Source: Macrostomum lignano
Taxonomy: Eukaryota
DNA length: 64,000 bases
Assembly (NCBI GenBank): GCA_002269645.1
Contig: NIVC01001306.1
Location: forward strand, 124,001-188,000
Direction of reading: 5' to 3'
Shown: one piece after another, positions 24,401-35,082 of the stretch
Layout: every line of letters begins with the position of its first letter
Numbering within the stretch: position 1 is the first letter of the stretch
Notes under the pieces: generated by a model
Seen by the model: the letters and a program-made list of their open reading frames with translations, nothing else
Told to the model about the DNA's origin: nothing
Database searches by the model: none
Program-made: the position numbers and the translations under genes

Positions 24401-24817
24401 GGCTCCGGCTGGGTGTACGATTCCAACCAGACCTGCGAATACTCCATGGTGCTCACAGGAGCGGCATTTCTTCACGTCCACTACCTGCACCTGTACTCAT
24501 ATTGGCTGCCCGCAGCTCTACGCGCCGAAGTCGACCGGCTGACAAACTGCGAGGACATCCTAATGAATTTTCTTGTTAGTCACGTGACTCGCAAGGCGCC
24601 AATCAAAGTGACGTCGCGCTGGACGTTTCCCTGCTTCGGCTGTTCCCAGTCGCTTTATAAAGACGATTCGCATTTCTTTGAACGGTCGCACTGTATTAAC
24701 TACTTCAGCGGCATGTTCGGGTACAACACCCTGCTGTACAGTCAGTTCAGGGCTGACTCGGTGCTGTTTAAGACCCGACTCGGCACTGACAAGGTCAAGT
24801 GCTTTAAGTACGTGTAA
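21468..24817 (+). CDS. EXTL3: Exostosin-like 3 glycosyltransferase (about 861 aa; exons 21468-23078, 23413-23797, 24228-24817)
   Basis: Type II membrane anchor ([22 protein letters not shown]), coiled coil, diverged exostosin domain. GT64 domain [13 protein letters not shown]...[10 protein letters not shown]...LSLDDD...[28 protein letters not shown]...[20 protein letters not shown] is EXTL3-like. Intron phases 0 and 1 are consistent. Start codon and exon-2 acceptor are inferred. Confidence 0.93.
23095..23362 (+). mobile_element. tRNA-derived SINE copy filling EXTL3 intron 1
   Basis: B-box gggttcgattcc; core gtgtacatgcctgacgatcaagaaagtcaggtcgctgtacaccctgtgtgagcg; tail gcgcttaataaaa. Confidence 0.75.
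23815..24130 (+). repeat. 28-bp intronic minisatellite (gctgggccagcctcYYagatcctcagKt), about 11 copies
   Basis: Period 28 at 23821/23849; EXTL3 intron 2. Confidence 0.9.
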
Positions 24818-24899
24818 ATTAGGAATATTGCTTGTTTCCATGGTGTGACTCAGGCCTGCTTTTTATACCGAACTTTTATTGGTGCGTACCTGTATCCCG

Positions 24900-26205
24900 A
24901 TCCCCGTATACACCGATATTCTTTCATCATTCATAACAGTCATTCATAATGGGGATTTCTGTACACACCTGTATCCAAATCCCCATAGACACCGATATTC
25001 ATAATGGGGGTTTCTGTACACACCTGTATCCCAATCCCCATAGACACCGATATTAATAATGGGGGTTTCTGTACACACCTGTATCCCAATCCCCATAGAC
25101 ACTGATATTCATAATGGGGGTTTCTGTACACACCTGTATCCCAATCCCCATAGACACCGATATTCATAATGGGGGTTTCTGTACACACCTGTATCCCAAT
25201 CCCCATAGACACCGATATTCATAATGGGGGTTTCTGTACACACCTGTATCCCAATCCCCATAGACACCGATATTCATAATGGGGGTTTCTGTATACACCT
25301 GCATCCCAATCCCCATAGACACCGATATTCATAATGGGGGTTCTGTACACACCTGTATCCCAATCCCCATAGACACCGATATTCATAATGGGGGTTTCTG
25401 TACACACCTGTATCCCAATCCCCATAGACACTGATATTCATAATGGGGGTTTCTGTACACACCTGTATCCCAATCCCCATAGACACCGATATTCATAATG
25501 GGGGTTTCTGTACACACCTGTATCCCAATCCCCATAGACACCGATATTCATAATGGGGGTTTCTGTACACACCTGTATCCCAATCCCCATAGACACTGAT
25601 ATTCATAATGGGGGTTTCTGTACACACCTGTATCCCAATCCCCATAGACACCGATATTCATAATGGGGGTTTCTGTACACACCTGTATCCCAATCCCCAT
25701 AGACACCGATATTCATAATGGGGGTTTCTGTACACACCTGTATCCCAATCCCCATAGACACCGATATTCATAATGGGGGTTTCTGTACACACCTGTATCC
25801 CAATCCCCATAGACACCGATATTCATAATGGGGGTTTCTGTACACACCTGTATCCCAATCCCCATAGACACCGATATTCATAATGGGGGTTTCTGTACAC
25901 ACCTGTATCCCAATCCCCATAGACACTGATATTCATAATGGGGGTTTCTGTACACACCTGTATCCCAATCCCCATAGACACCGATATTCATAATGGGGGT
26001 TTCTGTACACACCTGTATCCCAATCCCCATAGACACCGATATTCATAATGGGGGTTTCTGTACACACCTGTATCCCAATCCCCATAGACACCGATATTCA
26101 TAATGGGGGTTTCTGTACACCTGTATCCCAATCCCCATAGACACCGATATTCATAATGGGGGTTTCTGTACACACCTGTATCCCAATCCCCATATACACC
26201 GATAT
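24900..26205 (+). repeat. 55-bp satellite, about 23-24 near-identical copies
   Basis: acaccgatattcataatgggggtttctgtacacacctgtatcccaatccccatag; period 55 at 25021/25076; begins about 80 bp after the EXTL3 stop. Confidence 0.95.
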
Positions 26206-27342
26206 AGTGGGGATTTGTATCCCTATCCGGATTTCAATGCACCAATAATGATTTGCTATTTATGCATGCACATTTAACCATCCGGTCACAAATGCTTGTT
26301 GTCAGATTTTATATTCTACCTACCTGCTTGTTGTTTTGGTTTAAACTTCTCTGCCTAAGCACCAATAGATGATGGAATTTGTATTTCAATTTAATGCCAT
26401 AAATCGCAAATCTGTCAGCTGTTCAATTGCTTCCTCTCTATTATGTTTTTCTGCTGCTATATACGATTGTTTATGTGCTTCTTTTCCTGGTCATTAGCAT
26501 AGCCTGCTTAAATTTGCTAACAATAAAAATGGGAATATGCAACATCGAAATGCTATTTTAGCTTGCTCAATGCATGTATTTAATTCGACAAGTGCTTTTA
26601 TAGTCTCCACAGAACGAACAGTTCTTCCATTTAATAAATATTGATCATTGATGTCAAATGCGTGCTCAAAAAGTGCACTTGTCACTTCCGTTTTCTCTGT
26701 CAACCGTTGGTCTTTCAATTCGTTGCAATTATATACTTTATGTAGTTTGTGCCTACTGATAGTAGGTACTGCTGGATACTCGTAGTAATAAAAATGTTTT
26801 TAGCACGTAAAATTGAAGTATTGCATAAATTTCTATCCTCCTCATCCATTATTCACCTCGTCAAACATTCATCTGCATGCTTTCTAAATATATCCATTTT
26901 CAATCCGAAGCTACATTGCAAAACGAAACACAGCTGTTATAATGACATTTTATTGTTTGACAGTTTGACGACAGTTTGACGAAAATTATTTCGGGTAAAA
27001 TATTTTATTATACTTCGTCACTAGCACCCAAATTGATATCGATTTGAGAAGGATTAGTGAGTATTCTTAAAAAATCATATGTGAATAATTATGAAATCGT
27101 TAAAATACAGACTAGCTAGCTTTTTTGTTATAACGTTCTTTTTATACAGTTTAAAGTGCTTTTTCGATACATGTCGGCTGTAAAATTCGAAGTTGGTCTA
27201 AGTTGAAGAATAGTAATAAAAATAATATAACTCTTTGTTGCATTTGGTTCAGAATCCTATATACTAGAATATAGTCTAAAATTAATGCCAAGTAAAACAG
27301 TTGTTTCGTTATTTTCGATTTGACCAGATTGTAAAAAAATTT

Positions 27343-27415
27343 CGCCCGATGTGGGGCTCGAACCCACGACCCTGAGATTAAGAGTCTCATGCTCTACCGA
27401 CTGAGCTAACCGGGC
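27343..27415 (-). tRNA. tRNA-Lys(CTT): tRNA-Lys (anticodon CTT)
   Basis: GCCCGGTTAGCTCAGTCGGTAGAGCATGAGACTCTTAATCTCAGGGTCGTGGGTTCGAGCCCCACATCGGGCG: 73 nt cloverleaf, A and B boxes, T-run terminator immediately downstream. Confidence 0.97.
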
Positions 27416-27557
27416 TTGTAATCCAACGGAAATTTGTTATTATTTATATTACATTGTAGCAGACGTCGATATGCACTGCCACTATACTATAATTATTATA
27501 TCAATTAACTCAATTTGTCAAACTTTTTAACTCACTGTAATTTAATTTTTTCAGCAA

Positions 27558-29295
27558 ATGGCAAGCGAAAAAAAATTACCCAGTGCTGCCACAGTGGCTG
27601 CTATAAATTTTGCATCCGGCGGTTTCGCTGGTTTTGTGGAAGTTTGCATCATGCATCCGGTTGATCTTGTTAAAACAAGATATCAGGTCTATCCAGATAC
27701 AAATGCTAGTATTGTGACGTGCTTTCGAGACATGTACAGAGCTGAAGGGTAATTCCATTGTTTTATGTATTCTAATTTGGCGTGTCTTGTAGTGTTTCAT
27801 TAAAGTAGTTTTTTTCACTTTTGTAAACTATAATACCAATGACGTACACCACAATTTTAGATTTCTTTCCTATTACAAGGGTATTTTGCCGCCACTTTTG
27901 GCGGAAACGCCGAAGCGTGCTGTCAAGTTTTTTACATTCGAAGAGTACAAGCGACTATTCAAGGCTCTTCCTATTTCATCCGCTTTGGTAATGCTTTTAT
28001 CTAATACCTGACTTAATTTCTTGCATTTTCTGGTTTTGCTACTTACAGTAGAAACATAATAATTTTTAGGTCTATTCTGGAGCGGGCTTTATGTCCGGCT
28101 TTACCGAAGCATTTGTGATCAATCCGTTTGAAAGAGTTAAGGTTTTGCTTCAGTCGCAGAAGCAACAGTATGCATTGGTGAGTGAGTTTAAATAATAGAA
28201 ACTAAATATATATACATTATATAATGAACTTTTTCCTATCGGTTTTTCCCGATATGTATAGAAAAAATCTTTTTAGCAGTTAAATCAGTTCGTAATAAAA
28301 TTAAGCCTTGAGTTTAGACCTCATGGACTACTTTAGGCACATTAACACCTATTAATTTGTTTGGCAAATTAATAATCAATTGTCCTACAGCAAGACTCCA
28401 CCTGGTCAACGGTGCGCAAAATCGTTCGCACAGATGGCTTGGGCCTTCGTGGCCTCAACTTGGGCCTGACGGCCACCATAGGCCGGCACGCGGTGTTCAA
28501 CTGCTTCTATTTCGGCATATATTTCACCGGCTTAGAGGCCACGCAAGCCAGCGCGCTGCCCGGCCGACTGGACATTGCGCGCAAATTTCTCATCGGCTTC
28601 AGCGCCGGGACGCTGGCCTCCTGCATCAATATACCGTTCGACGTGGCCAAATCGCGTATCCAGGGGCCGCAGGGCAAGACTAAGTATAGGGCCTGCTTCC
28701 AGACCATCGGGCTGGTCTATCGCGAAGAGGGGTGAGCGAGTTTGTTATCAGTCTCATACACACGCTCACACAGGGTGTACAGCGGCCCTTGCTTTCTAAT
28801 CGTCAAACATACATCTTCATGGCTGTGAATCGCACAACAACCCCCTGCACAATTACCGTGCACACAAGCCCCAAATGGATGCGGCCGCGCACGGAATCGA
28901 ACCAGGGGGTCTGTGACGCTAAGCTGGATACACAGACACAGGCCCACAGTCAACGGACCCTTTACCGTACTGTTCGCGTGTGCAAATAAAATTATTTTGA
29001 ATAACAGAAAATGTCAGGAATCGAGCATACGAACTCTGCCACTTCAAAACGATGCGATACCGCTCCGCCACATCCTCCCCCGCCTGTATCAAATACCTGC
29101 TATCGCTTTTATTATAAAGAATCAATTTTCCTTTTTCGATACTTATCGGCATACATGCAAATCGCTAATTCCCGCAGCTGGCGAGCCCTGTACCGCGGCC
29201 TAATACCCAAGATTATTCGCCTGGGTCCTGGCGGCGCCATCATGCTGCTAGTGTTCGAGTACACATCCGCCTATCTGACTAGCAGGATTATGTAG
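27558..29295 (+). CDS. SLC25A21: Mitochondrial 2-oxodicarboxylate carrier (294 aa; exons 27558-27748, 27861-27987, 28070-28177, 28391-28731, 29178-29295)
   Basis: Three carrier signatures (HPVDLVKTRYQ, NPFERVKVLLQ, IPFDVAKSRIQ) plus ODC-type motifs KGILPPLLAETPKRAVKF, GRHAVFNCFYFG, RLGPGGAIMLLVFE. All splice phases are consistent; 885 nt. Confidence 0.93.
28745..28960 (-). mobile_element. SINE copy (antisense) in SLC25A21 intron 4
   Basis: Reverse complement reads tggttcgattccgtgcgcggccgca...gacgattagaaagcaagggccgctgtacaccctgtgtgagcg. Confidence 0.75.
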
Positions 29296-29659
29296 ATGTC
29301 GTGCTAATTATCTATAGAGATTAAGCAGACTCTAATTGAGCCAACAGCATTAACCAGTCTGCTGAAATTATACACTTAAATTATTATTCAAATACTTAAT
29401 TCTGCCTGTATTAGGTACTGCGCTGATTCTGAACTAAAAAATGATTTAATGCGTTTTACCGTATGTACGTGCTTGCACTACTAATAGTAAAATGCTTATC
29501 TCAGTCATTAGATATTTTGTTATTTTTTGTCTGTAGCGAAGCAAATCTTCCAATATAGTCAGCAAAATCTGCTATTTTAACAACTATAATAATTGTCAAA
29601 GTTTATTAAGCTCTTGCACAATGCAGTCTTGTCGGATTTCGAGTATTTTGTCTTCCTTG

Positions 29660-29790
29660 ATTTCGTTGGCACATGCTCACGCAGGGTGTACAGCGGGCCC
29701 TGACTTTGTAATCGTCGGCCTTGGGGGGTGGTTGGCCATCATATGTGTGAATTGCACGAACCGCCTTACAGGTAGCTCGTATGTCGTATT
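29660..29790 (-). mobile_element. Partial SINE copy
   Basis: Reverse complement contains gacgattacaaagtcagggcccgctgtacaccctgcgtgagcatgtgc. Confidence 0.65.
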
Positions 29791-30156
29791 ATGGTTATGC
29801 AAGTAATGTACTGCAGACAAACTGTTTAATGTACCCGAAAGTGACAGCGCAAACATACCAAAGGTGTTCAAAACTTTTCTATACATTTGCCAAATTTACA
29901 TAAACAGCAAGTTTTCGGTCCTTTCAGAGGACGCGATGACCTTTTTGAGCTTCAAAACTATGCATAAAGCAGGGATATCTAAATACGACTGGGCCAGACT
30001 GTCACCGCGCTTGCACATGTTAAAAGCGGGAACGCCAAGCCATCTTGCCGCCAGTCGAACTACCAAAAGGGGGGAATCCCCCCTCAAATATTTTTGCTGC
30101 GCCGAAACAAAGCAACGCAGACACAGGAAATCCAAGAGCACTTGCTAACTTTTTAT

Positions 30157-30613
30157 TGCGCACGTTCTCAAACAAGAATCAAATCGCCAGCCCCCTGGTG
30201 TCATCCGTTGAAGGAGCGTCTAAATGGTGACCGAATGCTTGAGAGAGTATAGCTGAAGATGTCCAGCAGTTGATGAGGCTTGCTCACTGTCGATCGGCTT
30301 GATTAGCGAAACGACACTGTAAAGAAATTTGCAACATGATGTCCATAGTCACCTGTTGAAGGTCCAGAAGCTCCGCCTGGGTAAATGCCAGATTGCCAGT
30401 GACCATACAAAGTCAGAGCTGATCCAGATACATGTGGTCGACGTGCTGATGAAAGCTTGGCAAGGCCGCACTGAGGCGCAGTGCTGATTGGCGCACCGGG
30501 GTGTATTGAATACACTGGCGCTTATGGGGAAATCCGACGGGGTAGAATTGTTACATGTATATGTAGACGGTCCGGAGGGCTGCCGACTTGATTCTTGTTT
30601 GAGAAGGTGCGCA
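30157..30613. mobile_element. Element bounded by 37-bp inverted repeats
   Basis: tgcgcacgttctcaaacaagaatcaaatcgccagccc versus gggctgccgacttgattcttgtttgagaaggtgcgca; no clear TSD. Confidence 0.55.
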
Positions 30614-30658
30614 TAGTCTCCCAGACTCGCACTAAACTCGATTTCACTATACATTCCT

Positions 30659-31085
30659 CAAGGACCACTAGAAGAAGAAGGACGGGACACTTCGTTTCTT
30701 GGAAAATTTATTAAAGGCTGATTTTCGCGGAAAAATGCACTAGCGAGATAGGAACTTTTCACATTCGATTAAACAGATATTGTAAAATTCAAGTTAGTCA
30801 CTAGTTAGCTTTAGACTATAATTGCTGCATGATATAGCTAGTAACTAAAATAATATGAAGATCAATTATTCACGAAAAAAATCTTATAAAATCCGTCGAA
30901 GCAACATGTTTTGTAAGTTATATCAACAGAAGAGCTTTGTATCTGCTTTCAATAAAAAGCTATCACCATTTTAAAGTGAAAAATGTGAAAAGTTCCTATC
31001 TCGCTAGTGCATTTTTCCGTGAAAATCAGCCTTTAATAAATTTTCCAAGAAACGAAGTGTCCCGTCACCCTTCTAGTGGTCCTTG
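30659..31085. mobile_element. hAT-type palindromic MITE (CAAGGAC family, copy 2)
   Basis: TIR caaggaccactagaag / cttctagtggtccttg; perfect 8-bp TSD acattcct at 30651-30658 and 31086-31093; arms similar to those of 9527-10224. Confidence 0.85.
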
Positions 31086-32019
31086 ACATTCCTGCGCTCG
31101 TATAATTCCTAGAGGTCGCGAATGCTTTCTAGAAGCGGAAAATCAAGCAACTATTTGCACTGCAACCCACACACGAATTTTTACAAGCATGTACTGCGTA
31201 GGGCCAACCTATTTAGGAACATTTATCCTGAACTGCACTCGAATTTATCACGAAAAACTGCAACAACTGGCCTAGGGGAAAGGGTGACACTTTTAGCACC
31301 CTCGCCCTGTCGGGTTGAGCATGCAAAATTTGCTGTTGGCCTGTCAGAAATAATAGCTGGCGAAATGAATAATGAAAAGCATCTCTGATTTTGGTTTCTG
31401 CGACGCGTGAGTCACCGCAGGCTTGACTGAGTTTCTTCCTGCCTAGTGATTAATGCGAGCACTGCATGTGGGTCGCGTGTGGCGAACAATTTCAAGCTCA
31501 GCTACAGTCAGTCTGTCGTAGCCGTTGTTAGTTGCGATGATGACTGTTCTGGTGGCTCCCCTCCGGTCCAATTATTTAGCAGTAGCGATGGCTGCTTTCG
31601 GTAGCAACCCTGCTTAGTCTCACAGCGATTCCACTTTCTCTACTTTCGACTCAGTAATTCCCGCTATACGAAAAGGCCCTCGGTGGTTCCGGTGATTAAA
31701 AACTGCCTTTTTGGAAATCATCGTTTGCGGGTGCGTGCGCTCTCGATCTGCGCCTATTTAACTCAGTTGCGACTGGTCTCTTGAGCGATTACTGTGTGCA
31801 GAAAATAACAACCATAGCTACTGGCGTAACATTTTTGCTGAAGACACCGCGCACTTGAGTAAGTCTGTTACTGGATTTCATTTGCAATTCTGTCGGTGTT
31901 TCATCAAACAAATTTTCTTAGCACCCTTCCGAGGGTGGGCTAGCGTATTCACCGCCAGTGTGAGCAAGTTAAGCAGAATCGACCGTGGTTAGTAAGCATC
32001 TCTGAATAGGCTTAAGTCA

Positions 32020-34953
32020 GGAAAGCCTGCTTGAAAGGGGGAACCAAGCCTGCTGAAAGGGGGGAACCAAGCCTGCTGAAAGGGGGGAACCAAGCCTGCT
32101 GGAAAGGGGGGGGAACCAAGCCTGCTGGAAAGGGGGGACCAAGCCTGCTGGAAAGGGGGGACCAAGCCTGCTGGAAAGGGGGGAACCAAGCCTGCTGGAA
32201 GGGGGGAACCAAGCCTGCTGGAAAGGGGGACCAAGCCTGCTGGAAGGGGGACCAAGCCTGCTGGAAGGGGGGGAACCAAGCCTGCTGGAAAGGGGGACCA
32301 AGCCTGCTGGAAGGGGGGAACCAAGCCTGCTGGAAAGGGGGACCAAGCCTGCTGGAAGGGAGGGGGGAACCAAGCCTGCTGGAAGGGGGAACCAAGCCTG
32401 CTGGAAGGGGGAACCAAGCCTGCTGGAAGGGGGGGGGAACCAAGCCTGCTGGAAAGGGGGACCAAGCCTGCTGGAAAGGGGGGAACCAAGCCTGCTGGAA
32501 GGGGGGAACCAAGCCTGCTGGAAAGGGGGACCAAGCCTGCTGGAAGGGGGACCAAGCCTGCTGGAAGGGGGGGAACCAAGCCTGCTGGAAAGGGGGACCA
32601 AGCCTGCTGGAAGGGGGGGAACCAAGCCTGCTGGAAAGGGGGACCAAGCCTGCTGGAAGGGGGGGGGGGAACCAAGCCTGCTGGAAAGGGGAACCAAGCC
32701 TGCTGGAAAGGGGGAACCAAGCCTGCTGGAAAGGGGGAACCAAGCCTGCTGGAAAGGGGGGGGGGAACCAAGCCTGCTGGAAGGGGGACCAAGCCTGCTG
32801 GAAAGGGGGGACCAAGCCTGCTGGAAGGGGGGAACCAAGCCTGCTGGAAAGGGGGGGGGGAACCAAGCCTGCTGGAAGGGGGGAACCAAGCCTGCTGGAA
32901 AGGGGGAACCAAGCCTGCTGGAAAGGGGGAACCAAGCCTGCTGGAAAGGGGGAACCAAGCCTGCTGGAAGGGGGGAACCAAGCCTGCTGGAAAGGGGGGG
33001 GGAACCAAGCCTGCTGGAAAGGGGGACCAAGCCTGCTGGAAGGGGGGAACCAAGCCTGCTGGAAAGGGGGGACCAAGCCTGCTGGAAAGGGGGGACCAAG
33101 CCTGCTGGAAAGGGGGAACCAAGCCTGCTGGAAAGGGGGGACCAAGCCTGCTGGAAAGGGGGGAACCAAGCCTGCTGGAAGGGGGGAACCAAGCCTGCTG
33201 GAAAGGGGGACCAAGCCTGCTGGAAGGGGGACCAAGCCTGCTGGAAGGGGGGAACCAAGCCTGCTGGAAAGGGGGACCAAGCCTGCTGGAAGGGGGGGAA
33301 CCAAGCCTGCTGGAAAGGGGGACCAAGCCTGCTGGAAGGGGGGGGAACCAAGCCTGCTGGAAAGGGGAACCAAGCCTGCTGGAAAGGGGGAACCAAGCCT
33401 GCTGGAAAGGGGGAACCAAGCCTGCTGGAAAGGGGGGGGGGAACCAAGCCTGCTGGAAGGGGGACCAAGCCTGCTGGAAGGGGGGAACCAAGCCTGCTGG
33501 AAGGGGGGAACCAAGCCTGCTGGAAAGGGGGGGGAACCAAGCCTGCTGGAAGGGGGGAACCAAGCCTGCTGGAAAGGGGGAACCAAGCCTGCTGGAAAGG
33601 GGGAACCAAGCCTGCTGGAAAGGGGGAACCAAGCCTGCTGGAAGGGGGAACCAAGCCTGCTGGAAAGGGGGGGGGAACCAAGCCTGCTGGAAGGGGGACC
33701 AAGCCTGCTGGAAGGGGGGAACCAAGCCTGCTGGAAGGGGGAACCAAGCCTGCTGGAAAGGGGGGGAACCAAGCCTGCTGGAAAGGGGGGACCAAGCCTG
33801 CTGGAAAGGGGGACCAAGCCTGCTGGAAAGGGGGAACCAAGCCTGCTGGAAGGGGGGGAACCAAGCCTGCTGGAAGGGGGAACCAAGCCTGCTGGAAAGG
33901 GGGAACCAAGCCTGCTGGAAAGGGGGAACCAAGCCTGCTGGAAAGGGGGAACCAAGCCTGCTGGAAGGGGGAACCAAGCCTGCTGGAAAGGGGGGGGAAC
34001 CAAGCCTGCTGGAAGGGGGACCAAGCCTGCTGGAAGGGGGGGAACCAAGCCTGCTGGAAAGGGGGGACCAAGCCTGCTGGAAAGGGGGGACCAAGCCTGC
34101 TGGAAAGGGGGAACCAAGCCTGCTGGAAAGGGGGACCAAGCCTGCTGGAAAGGGGGGAACCAAGCCTGCTGGAAGGGGGAACCAAGCCTGCTGGAAAGGG
34201 GGACCAAGCCTGCTGGAAGGGGGACCAAGCCTGCTGGAAGGGGGGGAACCAAGCCTGCTGGAAAGGGGGACCAAGCCTGCTGGAAGGGGGGGAACCAAGC
34301 CTGCTGGAAAGGGGGACCAAGCCTGCTGGAAGGGAGGGGGAACCAAGCCTGCTGGAAGGGGGAACCAAGCCTGCTGGAAGGGGGGAACCAAGCCTGCTGG
34401 AAGGGGGGGGGAACCAAGCCTGCTGGAAAGGGGGGACCAAGCCTGCTGGAAAGGGGGGGAACCAAGCCTGCTGGAAGGGGGGAACCAAGCCTGCTGGAAG
34501 GGGGGAACCAAGCCTGCTGGAAAGGGGGGGGAACCAAGCCTGCTGGAAGGGGGAACCAAGCCTGCTGGAAAGGGGGAACCAAGCCTGCTGGAAAGGGGGA
34601 ACCAAGCCTGCTGGAAAGGGGGAACCAAGCCTGCTGGAAAGGGGGAACCAAGCCTGCTGGAAGGGGGGAACCAAGCCTGCTGGAAAGGGGGGGGGGGAAC
34701 CAAGCCTGCTGGAAGGGGGACCAAGCCTGCTGGAAGGGGGGAACCAAGCCTGCTGGAAGGGGGAACCAAGCCTGCTGGAAAGGGGGGGAACCAAGCCTGC
34801 TGGAAAGGGGGGGGAACCAAGCCTGCTGGAAAGGGGGGACCAAGCCTGCTGGAAAGGGGGGACCAAGCCTGCTGGAAGGGGGGGAACCAAGCCTGCTGGA
34901 AAGGGGGGACCAAGCCTGCTGGAAAGGGGGGACCAAGCCTGCTGGAAAGGGGG
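32020..34953 (+). repeat. 2.9-kb G-rich minisatellite: (GA)ACCAAGCCTGCTGGAA(A)G5-11, roughly 120-130 units
   Basis: Invariant core accaagcctgctggaa with variable poly-G linker; explains the four approximately 1000-aa ORFs in the track. Confidence 0.97.
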
Positions 34954-35082
34954 CGCCACATGCTTTGCTAGCCGATTGGGGGGGCATCGAAGTAACTTTG
35001 ATGTTGTGTTTGCTTGCGTAAAAGCATTCCTCACGGGCGCGCTATCTTACGACGAGAACATGTCACTGCTTCAGGCATCCGC

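Noticed and set aside
24900-26205. CRISPR-like array or repeat ORFs (MSMGIGIQV...)
   Set aside because: Pure head-to-tail 55-bp satellite without spacers.
26494-26980. Minus-strand ORF MKDQRLTEKTEVTSALFEHAF...
   Set aside because: It looks protein-like but has a non-ATG start, no convincing splice sites and no recognisable family; cannot be supported without a search.
32020-34953. CRISPR-like array
   Set aside because: No unique spacers, only poly-G linkers; eukaryotic context and no cas genes.
31989-35034. Four ORFs of about 1000 aa (three minus, one plus)
   Set aside because: They are translations of the G-rich minisatellite; the frames interconvert with G-run length and have no unique sequence.
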